DNA from: Saprospiraceae bacterium
Lineage (GTDB): Bacteria; Bacteroidota; Bacteroidia; Chitinophagales; Saprospiraceae
Direction of reading: 5' to 3'
Length of the DNA stretch: 64,000 bases
Assembly (NCBI GenBank): GCA_045105695.1
Contig: JBGCDT010000055.1
Coordinates: forward strand, 16,538 to 80,537
The position numbers were made by a program, and so were the translations under genes. A model generated the notes under the pieces. The model made no database searches. It worked only from the letters and a program-made list of their open reading frames with translations, and was not told the DNA's origin. Shown here piece after piece: positions 38,566 to 48,528 of the stretch (the first letter of the stretch is position 1; every line of letters starts with the position of its first letter).

Positions 38566-41500
38566 TTGCGCGAGATAGCAACCATCATATTTCTTTTTTC
38601 TATTACAATAGTATTTGCGCAAGAGCAGAATGAAATTGCTATATCTAATTCTGTAGATCAGAAATTCTTTTCTGATAAATATAAAGTGCTGCATTATGGA
38701 GTAGAAGACGGTCTTTCCCAAGGAACTGCTTTTTCTATTTTAAAAGATAGTAGAGGGTTTATGTGGTTCACCTCTTATGAAGGTTTGAATCGATTTGACG
38801 GTCATCAGTTCGTAGTTTATTCTGAAAGCCCTTCAGATAAATATTCTTTAAAAGGCAGTAGCACTTATGGTTTGGTTGAGGACCCATATGGTAATATCTG
38901 GACGGGGACAGAGGTTTGTTTAAATCGATATTTGCGGCAGTCTGATCGTTTTGATTTCGTAAAAGTAAGGGATACAGCTGGAGTAGTTTTGGCTACAGTT
39001 AATTATCCATTTTTTGCAGATAGCTCAGAGGTTTGGTATATCAATGACGTAGAGGGAATTGTGACTTATGATTATTTAGAAAAGAAAAAAAGAATCATTT
39101 CCGCTGAATTTTTATATAAACAATCAAGCTATATTATAAATTCTACTGTTCGTACAAAAGATGGAATGATATGGTATAGGGATGAAAGTGGCTTAGCTTT
39201 TATTGATCCGAAAACGGGCGATAGTAAATGGTATTTTTCTGATGATAAAAATAATATTCTTGGTGAGTCAATCAAGCTAGTTTGCTTTTATCAGGACCAA
39301 GATGAAATAATCTGGTTAGGATACGGAAACGGAATAATACGCTTTGATTATAAATTGGGACAATATAAAAAAATAGACCTCGGCGACTATATTAATACTC
39401 AGGTAGATGATATAAAAAAAGATGCCGAAGGAACTTTATGGCTAGGAACGGAACAAGATGGATTACTAAGGTATTCTGAAGAATTTGGAGTAATTGATCA
39501 TTTTAGAGCAGAAGGTTCTATGAATCATCGCTTGACTAGTAATGCAACAGCAGCAGTATATATTGACGATCAAAATTTGATATGGGTGAATACAGATCCT
39601 GAAGGTATTGATGTTTTAATACCAGATTTAAAACCCTTCAAGAATTATTCTGATGACTTTTTTGATTTAGATTTTTTTTCAACAAAAGGAGTGAGAACCT
39701 TTTTAAACTTGGAAAGTAAAAATGTATTAATCGGAACTCAAGAAGATGGGTTAATAATTTTTGATCCTAAAAAGGATAAAATCATCCAACGTATTTTTCC
39801 TGGAGAAAATGGGTTTGAACCGAATAGTGCAACTTGTTTTTTACAAGATAATTTTAATCGAATTTGGGTAGGAACTTATGACGGTCTTTATCTTTCGGAA
39901 AAGGAAGGTGATCGATTTCAAAAAGTAGTTAATAAAAGTTATCCTGATCGTTTGAGAACAACTAACTTCATTAGTCATATATTAGAATCAAGAAATGGAG
40001 GAATCATTTTTAGTACAGAACAAGGAATTTATTTTATATCACCAAAAACAACAGACCCTCTCCCAATAGATACGCTCTATGGTATTGTTTCTAATCGACT
40101 TCATCTTACCCCGAATGATTATTTGCTGGTGGCTGAACCTCAGAATGGATTTCATATATTGAAAGCTTCTGATTGGCTAGTCCGAAATTCTGGAAAATAC
40201 AATAATCAGAGGAACGTTAATCATTTTCTACCTGAGTTTAATATTAAACATTTCTGTCAAAGTGAAGAAGAAGGTATTATTTGGATTGCGACAACTACAG
40301 GTTTTTTAAAAGTACGATTTACAAGTAATTGGTCGGAGATCGAAATTTTAAAACACTATACTCGTGACAACGGACTGCCCAGCAATTGTATTTATGGAAT
40401 ATTACCAGACAATAATAAAATGCTTTGGATGAGTACGAACAGAGGTATTTGTCGATTCGATCCAACTACAGAAGTATTTTCAAAATATACGGTAGAGGAT
40501 GGATTACAGGGTTTTGAATATAATACCAATTCATTCGTGAAAACTGCTGATGGTGAATTTTATTTTGGAGGAACTAATGGATTTAATCGATTTTATCCAG
40601 CCTTTGAAAAAAACGAAAAAAGCCCTCTTTTGCAAATCACTAACTTTAAAGTAAACGATAAAAAATTTAACGAAGAAAATTATATTGGAGAACAGCAGGA
40701 AGTATTTTTAACAGCAGAAGAAAATACTTTTACATTTCAATTTTCAGCTATAGATTATCAAAGCAATGGTAACAATCGATATCGAGCAATACTAGAAAAT
40801 TACGACGAAGACTGGAAAGATCTTGAAGAGAAAAATAGTATCAGGTATACGAAAGTTCCTCCCGGAGATTACCTCTTTAAAGTGACTGCTGCGAATAATG
40901 ATGGTGTGTGGGCCTCAGTTCCTAAAACTTTGTTAGTTCATATAGCTACACCTTGGTATCTCACCACGTGGGCATATCTTGCCTATGCTATGTCTATTGG
41001 CTTTATTTTATTCCAAATATATCAGGTGAAAAAAAGAAGACGGATACTTAATCAACAATTAATATTAGAACAGAAAGAAGCAGATCGATTGAAAGAATTA
41101 GATAGTTTTAAAACAAAATTCTACGCTAATATTACTCACGAGTTTCGAACTCCGCTCACAGTCATCGAAGGCATGGCCGAAGAACTAAATCAAAGCCCTG
41201 AAAAAGAACCAAAAACCAAAATTAATTTAATTAAAAAAAACAGTAAAAACCTATTGTCACTGGTAAATCAAATGCTGGATTTATCTAAGTTACAATCAGG
41301 GAAAATTAAATCTAATTTACAACAAGATGATATTATTAAGTTTATTAAATACATAGTGGCATCGTACGAGTCTTTCTCAAAAGTGAAAAACGTGGGTTTA
41401 CAATTCTATTCAGAGGAGGAGGAATTATTAATGGATTTTGATCATCAAAAACTAGAACAAATTTTAACTAATTTAATTTCTAATGCCGTAAAGTTCACCC

Positions 41501-42627
41501 CTGAATATGGAAAAATATTAGTCGTAGCAAAAAACATCAGCACAAAAGATAAAAACTTTCTTCAGATAAAAATAAAAGACAGTGGTATAGGAATACCCGC
41601 GAGCGAATTGCCATTTGTTTTTGATCGGTTTCATCAAGCGAATACATCCGCTAATAATCAGGGCACTGGTATCGGTCTTGCGATAGTGAAAGAGTTAACC
41701 ACAATTTTAAATGGTTCCGTAAGAGTGGATAGTGAAACTGGAAAAGGAAGTACGTTCTACCTTGAGTTTCCAATTTCAAATAATGCTCCTCTAATTTTGA
41801 ATGAATATGAACTAACTAAACGCCATCTTCAAAAAGAAATAAAAAACTCAATTTCAAATAATTATAACAATACACTTCCGATTTTATTAATCATAGAAGA
41901 TAATGCGGATGTGACTTATTATCTACAAACCTGTCTTCAAAACGATTATCAAATTTACACATCTAATAATGGTAGAGAAGGGATAGCAAAGGCATTTGAA
42001 ACCTTGCCGGATATAATCATCAGCGATGTGATGATGCCCGAACTGGATGGTTTTGAAACTTGTGCGATCCTAAAAGAAGATGAACGAACCTCTCATATAC
42101 CGATTATTCTACTGACAGCAAAAGCAACTTCAGAAGATAAACTTGAAGGATTAAGTCATGGCGCGGATGCTTATCTCATAAAACCGTTTGAGAAGGCAGA
42201 GTTGATGATTCGACTGAATAAATTAATGGAAATTCGAAGAACGCTACAACAGAAATACAGTGGCAGTTTGATTACTAGCAATGAAGCTTATGCTAATGTA
42301 ATCGCAAACAAACAGGATGAATTCATTCGGAGAGTAGAAGAAGTAATCCTGGTTAATTTAGAAAACGAAGATTTTTCAATTCCTGATTTGGCAAGAGCAC
42401 TACACCTAAGTCGCTCACAAGTGTATCGTAAAATAAAAGCGCTGACGGACATGTCAACGGCTATTTACATCCGACATGTTCGGCTTCAAAAAGCAAAAGA
42501 ACTACTACGCTCTACTCCAATGAGCATTTCTGAAATTGCTTATAAAACAGGTTTTAAGACAGCTGTTTACTTCTCACAAGTATTTAAGGAGACTTTCGGA
42601 GAGTCTCCTAGTGCAACACGTAAGTGA
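38566..42627 (+). CDS. hybrid two-component system protein (periplasmic beta-propeller/Y_Y_Y sensor, histidine kinase, receiver, AraC-type HTH)
   Basis: Reg_prop-like repeats (FMWFTSYEGLNRFDG, IWTGT, LWLGTEQDGL), Y_Y_Y region (YRAILENYDEDWKDL...GDYLFKVTAANNDGVW), a TM helix, H-box (ITHEFRTPLTVIEG), ATPase G-boxes (DSGIGIP, GTGIGLAIVKEL), receiver (LLIIEDNADV...ISDVMMPELDGFE...LLTAKA) and HTH_AraC (ISEIAYKTGFKTAVYFSQVFKETFGESP). TTG start. Confidence 0.9.
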   Translation: MREIATIIFLFSITIVFAQEQNEIAISNSVDQKFFSDKYKVLHYGVEDGLSQGTAFSILKDSRGFMWFTSYEGLNRFDGHQFVVYSESPSDKYSLKGSSTYGLVEDPYGNIWTGTEVCLNRYLRQSDRFDFVKVRDTAGVVLATVNYPFFADSSEVWYINDVEGIVTYDYLEKKKRIISAEFLYKQSSYIINSTVRTKDGMIWYRDESGLAFIDPKTGDSKWYFSDDKNNILGESIKLVCFYQDQDEIIWLGYGNGIIRFDYKLGQYKKIDLGDYINTQVDDIKKDAEGTLWLGTEQDGLLRYSEEFGVIDHFRAEGSMNHRLTSNATAAVYIDDQNLIWVNTDPEGIDVLIPDLKPFKNYSDDFFDLDFFSTKGVRTFLNLESKNVLIGTQEDGLIIFDPKKDKIIQRIFPGENGFEPNSATCFLQDNFNRIWVGTYDGLYLSEKEGDRFQKVVNKSYPDRLRTTNFISHILESRNGGIIFSTEQGIYFISPKTTDPLPIDTLYGIVSNRLHLTPNDYLLVAEPQNGFHILKASDWLVRNSGKYNNQRNVNHFLPEFNIKHFCQSEEEGIIWIATTTGFLKVRFTSNWSEIEILKHYTRDNGLPSNCIYGILPDNNKMLWMSTNRGICRFDPTTEVFSKYTVEDGLQGFEYNTNSFVKTADGEFYFGGTNGFNRFYPAFEKNEKSPLLQITNFKVNDKKFNEENYIGEQQEVFLTAEENTFTFQFSAIDYQSNGNNRYRAILENYDEDWKDLEEKNSIRYTKVPPGDYLFKVTAANNDGVWASVPKTLLVHIATPWYLTTWAYLAYAMSIGFILFQIYQVKKRRRILNQQLILEQKEADRLKELDSFKTKFYANITHEFRTPLTVIEGMAEELNQSPEKEPKTKINLIKKNSKNLLSLVNQMLDLSKLQSGKIKSNLQQDDIIKFIKYIVASYESFSKVKNVGLQFYSEEEELLMDFDHQKLEQILTNLISNAVKFTPEYGKILVVAKNISTKDKNFLQIKIKDSGIGIPASELPFVFDRFHQANTSANNQGTGIGLAIVKELTTILNGSVRVDSETGKGSTFYLEFPISNNAPLILNEYELTKRHLQKEIKNSISNNYNNTLPILLIIEDNADVTYYLQTCLQNDYQIYTSNNGREGIAKAFETLPDIIISDVMMPELDGFETCAILKEDERTSHIPIILLTAKATSEDKLEGLSHGADAYLIKPFEKAELMIRLNKLMEIRRTLQQKYSGSLITSNEAYANVIANKQDEFIRRVEEVILVNLENEDFSIPDLARALHLSRSQVYRKIKALTDMSTAIYIRHVRLQKAKELLRSTPMSISEIAYKTGFKTAVYFSQVFKETFGESPSATRK

Positions 42628-42805
42628 TTGTTTTTCAATTGGTTTTGTTCTATTTTTCTAAGCGCTGCAACAATGACATAAGCTCCTACTCTCTTATTGC
42701 AATAATATAGAAACACTTTGCTGACATAGCGAAAGGCTGAAATGGGTATAAGCCCTAGGTTTGCAGTATTCCTTTTACTTCAAAGAATACTTAAAAACAA
42801 AACCT

Positions 42806-44158
42806 ATGAAATTTTTCTATACCCTATTGATTGCATTGTTAATAACAAATGGTGCTTTTGCACAAAACAACAGCCTTACCTTCGATGGAAATGATGATCA
42901 TGTTGAGATACCCAGTGCTGCTGCATTTACTCCAAACCAGTTTACCATAGAAGTTTGGATAAAAGCAGACCAAGGAAATTTGTATCAACCCGTTTTTACA
43001 AAATATGATTCAGGTGCATTAATGGCTAGCTACTCCGTTACAATTTATGCAGATAATAAGATAGGCCTAAGCGTAATTCAGAATATTGATCCAAATATAT
43101 ATAGAAGTGAAATCACGAACAGTGCAGTATTAACACCAGGAGTGTGGCAGCATGTAGCGACCTCTTTTGATTTTGTAAGCCAAGACATAAAAATATATAT
43201 AGACGGAGCAGAAGTACCTTCTTCCTTAGGTAGTGGATCAGTAATACTCACTTCTATTAACAACAATACAACGCCTGTACGTTTGGGGAGGCTCATAAAT
43301 TTCTCAGGAAGTTCAAGCTACTTCAAAGGAAAGATGGATGATGTACGATTCTGGAATACAGAAAGAACAGCAACAGAGATAAGCAATAATATTAATACGG
43401 AACTTACAGGTATGGAAAGTGGCTTGGTGGCTTATTATAAAATGGATGACGATAATTCGTCCTGTGATATAGAAAGCTGCCAAAGTGCTGAACGTCATGG
43501 GGCAAGAAAGGGAGAGAGTGGGAATAATAACCTTCCTCAATTTTCAAATGATGTTCCTGCTCTGACGAATATAGATTGTGGTGTGACCATAGCCTGTGTC
43601 CCATTACCTGTAGAATTGATTGAATTCAGCGGTAAGCTAACAGATGATCAGGTCGTACTTCATTGGGCTACCGCTACAGAACTTAATAACAAAGGATTTG
43701 ATATCGAGTATTCCCCAGATGGTCAGGAATGGAAGAGTATTGGGTTTGTAAAAGGTACTGGTACGATAGATCTGACTCAGTCCTACAAGTTTATTCATCG
43801 CGCTCCAACCTCAGCCACAAATTACTACAGACTTCGGCAAGTAGACTTTGACAATACGTACTCCTATTCAAGGGTAATTATCATCAATAACGAAAACACA
43901 TCTATAGAAAATAGCATTTTTCCAAACCCACTTAAAGGAAAAAAACTTCACATTCGATTAGTTAATAACAATACTCTTACAAACGTACAAATAGTTGACG
44001 TTTTCGGACAATTAGTTTTTTCTGACCAGCTTCCTCCTGTAGATAATAACTCTTATCACACGTTAGAACTTCCTCATTTACCCACTGGTATTTATTGGGT
44101 TCAGATTGGGGATCAAAATTCCAGAAAGACCATACGCCTCTATATAACCAATGAATAA
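42806..44158 (+). CDS. secreted LamG/concanavalin-A-like lectin domain protein with T9SS type A C-terminal sorting domain
   Basis: Signal peptide (MKFFYTLLIALLITNGAFAQ), LamG-like core (NSLTFDGNDDHVEIP...FTIEVWIK...GVWQHVA...IYIDG...GKMDDVRFWN) and a Por_Secre_tail-like end (IFPNPLKGKKLHIRL...GIYWVQIGDQN..KTIRLYI). Confidence 0.75.
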   Translation: MKFFYTLLIALLITNGAFAQNNSLTFDGNDDHVEIPSAAAFTPNQFTIEVWIKADQGNLYQPVFTKYDSGALMASYSVTIYADNKIGLSVIQNIDPNIYRSEITNSAVLTPGVWQHVATSFDFVSQDIKIYIDGAEVPSSLGSGSVILTSINNNTTPVRLGRLINFSGSSSYFKGKMDDVRFWNTERTATEISNNINTELTGMESGLVAYYKMDDDNSSCDIESCQSAERHGARKGESGNNNLPQFSNDVPALTNIDCGVTIACVPLPVELIEFSGKLTDDQVVLHWATATELNNKGFDIEYSPDGQEWKSIGFVKGTGTIDLTQSYKFIHRAPTSATNYYRLRQVDFDNTYSYSRVIIINNENTSIENSIFPNPLKGKKLHIRLVNNNTLTNVQIVDVFGQLVFSDQLPPVDNNSYHTLELPHLPTGIYWVQIGDQNSRKTIRLYITNE

Positions 44159-44195
44159 CAAAACAATTACATTTTATTAACCTTTAAAAATTCAA

Positions 44196-45323
44196 ATGAT
44201 TATGAAATCATCAAACTCGTTTTTCTTCCTATTCGTATTATTAGTTATGGCCAGTTGCGCCAAAGAAAACACCATCAATGAAGTACCTTCCGAAACAGAG
44301 AAAGTTCGTCCCGAATCCATTAAACTTCCAAATAGCAGCGACTACAATATCGCTATTCCAAACGTACCTAAATATGAAGGTGTAATTCCAGATGAAAGTT
44401 TAGAGGACATCAACGCAGAAACAAGAGGCGAAACCGTTGAGGTAGATCCCGGAAGTAATCTGTTGCAAGACATAATCAATAACGCAGACTGGGGCGATAA
44501 GATCGTGCTGAAAGAAGGCTTGCATCAGATGGATGAAACCCTAGTAATAAATCGTCGAATCAAACTCCGAGGCGAAGAAGGAGCTGTTTTATCCTTAGGA
44601 GGTGTTCTTGGAATGTACATTATTGATGCTCGGAAAACGAGCATTGAAGATCTAGAAATCAACGGAACAGGAGATGCCGTATTTGGAATTGCAATAGAAG
44701 AAACGAATCGCTTCGAAATGGAAGACAATCATTTATCTGGCTTTTTGATTTCTGTTTTGGTAGAGCATTCCTGGAAAGTGGAAATCAAGGACAATGTGAT
44801 TGAAGGAACAGATGGTGATTTCGTAACCGGAGGTTTTGGAATTACGATCATGAACGGAAACAAGGCAAAGGTCTACGGTAACGAAGTGTCCTATAATTCT
44901 GCGGGTATGTGGATCACTGATAGAGATGGAAAAGTAAAAGACAATATCGCTCATGACAATGCAATGGGGATTTTGCTTTGCAAAGTACCAGCAGGAACAT
45001 TCAGCGATGTATTCGCAACAGGAAACGGAGGTTCTGAAAATGCTTGCACAAATGCAAAGGTTGAAGACAATCTGGCTTATGATAATGTCTGGGGCTATGT
45101 CGTAATCGATGGTGCTAATAATAATCGATTGAAAGACAACGAGGGATACAACAACTCTTTTGTAGACCTAGAGCTTGCTCAACCAACTACTGAATTGTTT
45201 GGAGAACCGACACCAGGGTCTTGGGACAATAAAGTTGACGCAGGTGATTTATACTACATTGATTGTGGTGAGGATAATGATATTGAGAATGGCCATTTGG
45301 CAGATGTAGATTGTTCGATTTAA
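44196..45323 (+). CDS. right-handed parallel beta-helix repeat lipoprotein
   Basis: Lipobox (LLVMASCAKEN) and repeated PbH1-like turns (IEDLEINGTGDAVFGIAIEE, MEDNHLSGF, IKDNVIEGT, VYGNEVSYNSAGMWI, VKDNIAHDNAMGILL, VEDNLAYDNVWGYVV, LKDNEGYNN). Confidence 0.65.
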   Translation: MIMKSSNSFFFLFVLLVMASCAKENTINEVPSETEKVRPESIKLPNSSDYNIAIPNVPKYEGVIPDESLEDINAETRGETVEVDPGSNLLQDIINNADWGDKIVLKEGLHQMDETLVINRRIKLRGEEGAVLSLGGVLGMYIIDARKTSIEDLEINGTGDAVFGIAIEETNRFEMEDNHLSGFLISVLVEHSWKVEIKDNVIEGTDGDFVTGGFGITIMNGNKAKVYGNEVSYNSAGMWITDRDGKVKDNIAHDNAMGILLCKVPAGTFSDVFATGNGGSENACTNAKVEDNLAYDNVWGYVVIDGANNNRLKDNEGYNNSFVDLELAQPTTELFGEPTPGSWDNKVDAGDLYYIDCGEDNDIENGHLADVDCSI

Positions 45324-45357
45324 AATATTTATAGTTCCTACAAGGAGAATTTTTTGG

Positions 45358-45392
45358 AACAGGTATGACTTGGTCGTCATACCTGTTTTTTT
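45358..45392 (+). terminator. strong intrinsic terminator after the beta-helix lipoprotein gene
   Basis: Perfect 12-bp stem AACAGGTATGAC-ttggtc-GTCATACCTGTT followed by TTTTTTT. Confidence 0.85.
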
Positions 45393-45700
45393 GACTGTTA
45401 GTAAAGTGAAAAGATAGAATGAGTGGAAAAGGATGTTTTGTCGAGCAGAGTTAGTTTAATGAATCATGAGCTAAAATTTGTGAGCTGGGTTGCTTTGAAT
45501 ATGAATTTCTTTTTGAAAAATCATTTTTTCTTCCAAAAAACCTTTTCAAAATCACTCTATTTAAAACACTAATTAACAATGGATTACAGTTTGTAAAAAT
45601 AAAAATTTGAAAAAAGCCCATTTCGTTTTATGGAATTTTGTCTGTTTCTGCAACCTATTAGTAGGAACCTGTTTCAGAACAAACGCTAAATCACATAAAT

Positions 45701-46981
45701 ATGAAAGAGCACTTTTTACATTACCTCTGGCGCATGAAGCGCTTTGATACTAACAATCTAATTACAACAGAGGGAGAGCGCATCACGATTCAAAATGCTG
45801 GGGAACACAACCTCCATGCTGGCCCTGATTTTTTGAACGCAAGAATATATATCGGAGATACCCTCTGGGCGGGCCATGTCGAAATCCACGTGAAATCTTC
45901 CGAGTGGAGAAAGCATAAGCATCAGTTTGACAAAGCCTATGATAATGTCATTCTTCATGTTGTATTAGAAGATGATGAACCCGTCTGTCGACAAAACGGA
46001 GAGCGTATTCCTTGTCTAGAACTTCGCAAAAGAATCCCAGTCAAGATGCACAGCCGCTATCAGAAAATGATTCACAATGAACACTGGATTCCATGTCAGT
46101 TTCAATTTCACTCCGTTGGTGAAATCATCAAAAACTTATGGCTGGATCGTATGCTGGTAGAAAGATTAGAGAAAAAAACAACGGATATAACTCATGTTTT
46201 AAAGAACAATAAAAACGACTGGGAAACAACCTTGTATTATTTTTTAGCAAGAAGCTTTGGTACAAAAGTAAACGCAGAACCCTTCGAATTACTCGCTCGA
46301 CAAACACCACATTCTATAATTGCAAAACATAAAAGCAATCTCTTTCAAATTGAAGCTTTGTTATTCGGACAGGCAGGTTTTCTTCAGGAAGACTTCAAGG
46401 ATGATTATCCTAAAAAGCTAAAGAAGGAGTACCAGTTTCTGCAAAAGAAATATAATTTAATACCGCTCAAAAAAGAGAGCTTTCGTTTCCTTCGTATGCG
46501 TCCAGCAAATTTCCCAAGTATCCGTATTGCTCAGTTTGCAGTCTTACTTTTTCAGTCGAATCATTTTTTTAGTAAAATTTTGGCAGCAGAAAATATTCAG
46601 CAGATTGAGAATATGTTTCGCATAAAGTTGAGTCCCTATTGGACGAATCATTATCGCTTTGATAAAGAATCGGCTAGGAAAACAAAGCCCCTCGGGAAGG
46701 CCAGCATTCATCTGTTCATTATAAATACCGTTGCGCCCTTTTTATTTCTTTATGGAAAACACAAAGATGAATCACGTTATAAAGACCGCGCTTTGAAACT
46801 CTTAGAAGAACTACCAGCAGAACATAACAATATAATTACGGAGTGGAAAAATCTGGGAATCAAAACAGAATCTGCCTATCAGACGCAGGCCTTATTACAA
46901 TTGAAAAATGAATATTGCCAGAAGCAGAAGTGTTTGCAATGTGCAATTGGGAATCGGATATTGGCAGGGAGGAGGGCGTGA
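45701..46981 (+). CDS. DUF2851 family protein
   Basis: The N-terminus (MKEHFLHYLWRMKRFDTNNLITTEGERITIQNAGEHNLHAGPDFLNARIYIGDTLWAGHVEIHVKSSEWRKHKH) is the pattern I associate with DUF2851. The C-terminus has a CxxC. Confidence 0.7.
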   Translation: MKEHFLHYLWRMKRFDTNNLITTEGERITIQNAGEHNLHAGPDFLNARIYIGDTLWAGHVEIHVKSSEWRKHKHQFDKAYDNVILHVVLEDDEPVCRQNGERIPCLELRKRIPVKMHSRYQKMIHNEHWIPCQFQFHSVGEIIKNLWLDRMLVERLEKKTTDITHVLKNNKNDWETTLYYFLARSFGTKVNAEPFELLARQTPHSIIAKHKSNLFQIEALLFGQAGFLQEDFKDDYPKKLKKEYQFLQKKYNLIPLKKESFRFLRMRPANFPSIRIAQFAVLLFQSNHFFSKILAAENIQQIENMFRIKLSPYWTNHYRFDKESARKTKPLGKASIHLFIINTVAPFLFLYGKHKDESRYKDRALKLLEELPAEHNNIITEWKNLGIKTESAYQTQALLQLKNEYCQKQKCLQCAIGNRILAGRRA

Positions 46982-47024
46982 ATAAATGGTAGTAACAAAT
47001 TATTAAAATTTAAATCCGTTTAAA

Positions 47025-47486
47025 ATGCCAAATACTTACACCCAAATGTATGTTCAATTGGTTTTCGCAGTAAAGAACCGTCAAGCGTTAATTCCTAAGG
47101 AACATAAAGAAGAGTTACACAAATATATAGCAGGTATAGTTACAAAGCGCCATCAAAAGCTATTAGCGATTCATGCAATGCCTGATCACATTCATATATT
47201 CATTGGTTTCAAACCGACAGTTATAATATCGGATATTGTGAGAGATATAAAAACCACTTCTTCGCAATTTATCAAAGAGAAGCAGTTTACAAAATTTCAA
47301 TTTAATTGGCAGAAAGGGTATGGTGCATTTACTTATGCACATTCACAATTGGGTATTGTATGTCGGTATATTGAAAATCAGGAAGAATATCACAGAAAGA
47401 AAACCTTTAGAGCAGAATATTTAGATTTTTTAGAGAAATTCGATGTTGATTATGATGATCAATATTTATTTGATTTTTTGGATTGA
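47025..47486 (+). CDS. IS200-like Y1 (HUH) transposase / REP-associated tyrosine transposase (RAYT)-like protein
   Basis: 153 aa with an HUH motif (MPDHIHIFIG) and the catalytic-Tyr motif RYIENQEEYH. There is no partner tnpB. REP-like hairpins lie immediately downstream. Confidence 0.8.
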   Translation: MPNTYTQMYVQLVFAVKNRQALIPKEHKEELHKYIAGIVTKRHQKLLAIHAMPDHIHIFIGFKPTVIISDIVRDIKTTSSQFIKEKQFTKFQFNWQKGYGAFTYAHSQLGIVCRYIENQEEYHRKKTFRAEYLDFLEKFDVDYDDQYLFDFLD

Positions 47487-47501
47487 TGTAATTAGTTTTA
47501 A

Positions 47502-47860
47502 AGGCTGCTCCTACGGAGCGCAATAACGCATCATAATACTGGAGCTATAGACAGCTTGTTCCGATGGAACATTTCCGAAAGATGTGATTTTTATTATCGT
47601 AGGTTTGTTAATATCGGACAATTTAATTTATCTGAGTTTTCTTTGAAAACCCAATCAGAGAGGTAAAATAAAATAAGATGGGAAATTCCCTTTTCTAATT
47701 ATTGAAAAAATATTCCGTAAAAACCATCTGTTTATAACTACCACATCTCCTAATGAAGATATCAACCTTATCAATTACGCATAAGAAAAACTGTTCCATA
47801 GGAACAAGCTGTCTATAGCCAAGATGTCCAAAAAGAGAAAGCGTTCCGTAGGAACAGCCT
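47502..47860. repeat. family-B REP-like element: two nested inverted-repeat pairs, each containing a 5-bp-stem/3-nt-loop hairpin
   Basis: The outer pair is 47502-47521 and 47841-47860 (18/20, with both differences compensatory in the stem). The inner pair is 47544-47571 and 47792-47819 (27/28, differing only in the loop). Hairpins: GCTCC-TAC-GGAGC 47507-47519, GTTCC-GAT-GGAAC 47558-47570, GTTCC-ATA-GGAAC 47793-47805, GTTCC-GTA-GGAAC 47843-47855. Confidence 0.8.
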
Positions 47861-47959
47861 ATTCAAGTGCATAAAAAAGACAATAAAATAAAGTCCATTT
47901 TTTCGCCAGGCCATTTCTACGAAACGCTAAATCAATGTAATGTTTCGGCTATAAATAAA

Positions 47960-48406
47960 TCAAGCCAACAACTTCCGTACAATGCCCGAGATCGTCTTCC
48001 CATCAGCTTTACCAGCCAATTGCTTAGAAGCCATTCCCATCACCTTCCCCATATCGCCCATACCAGAGGCACCGGTTTGAGTAACCAATCCCTTTAAGAA
48101 GTTTTCCAACTCCGCTTCGTCCATTTGTGCAGGAAGATATTTTTCCAAAACAGCAATTTCTTCTCGTTCCTTAACGGCCAAATCTTCGCGACCTTGCTTA
48201 TCATAAATATCCAGCGAATCCTTTCTTTGCTTCGCTAATTTTTGTAATAATTTTATTTCAGCCTCTTCATTTATTTCAGAACCACTACCGTCGGTCTTCA
48301 ATAAAGTGAGTGCTGTTTTGATGGCGCGAATGGTTCTTAGAGAAGCCTGATCTTTGGCGCGCATAGCTGTTTTTAAATCATCGTTTAATCGTGATTCTAA
48401 AGACAT
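47960..48406 (-). CDS. GatB/YqeY domain-containing protein
   Basis: 148 aa; MSLESRLNDDLKTAMRAKDQASLRTIRAIKTAL... is typical of YqeY. Confidence 0.8.
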   Translation of the reverse strand: MSLESRLNDDLKTAMRAKDQASLRTIRAIKTALTLLKTDGSGSEINEEAEIKLLQKLAKQRKDSLDIYDKQGREDLAVKEREEIAVLEKYLPAQMDEAELENFLKGLVTQTGASGMGDMGKVMGMASKQLAGKADGKTISGIVRKLLA

Positions 48407-48528
48407 AATCTTTTATAATTTTTGATTTTTAAATAATGAAGCGATTTGTTAAGCTTCTGATTTCAATTGGTCAGTAGAACAACCAACCTATTGTATAACA
48501 ACAGTTTTACAAAAGTAAAGTTCCAACG

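Larger units (their letters stand above)
47025..47860 (+). mobile_element. RAYT-like gene plus adjacent REP doublets (REPIN-like unit); probably domesticated, not a classical IS
   Basis: A Y1 transposase gene juxtaposed with palindromic repeats on its 3' side only. There are no repeats in the 43-bp 5' spacer. Confidence 0.45.

Noticed and set aside
45334-45341. GTTCCTAC upstream of the DUF2851/RAYT pair, considered as a left-hand family-B REP
   Set aside because: Only half a hairpin is present. The matching GGAAC 15 nt away is part of the strong terminator stem at 45358-45392, and flank similarity to the 47.5-kb copies is absent.
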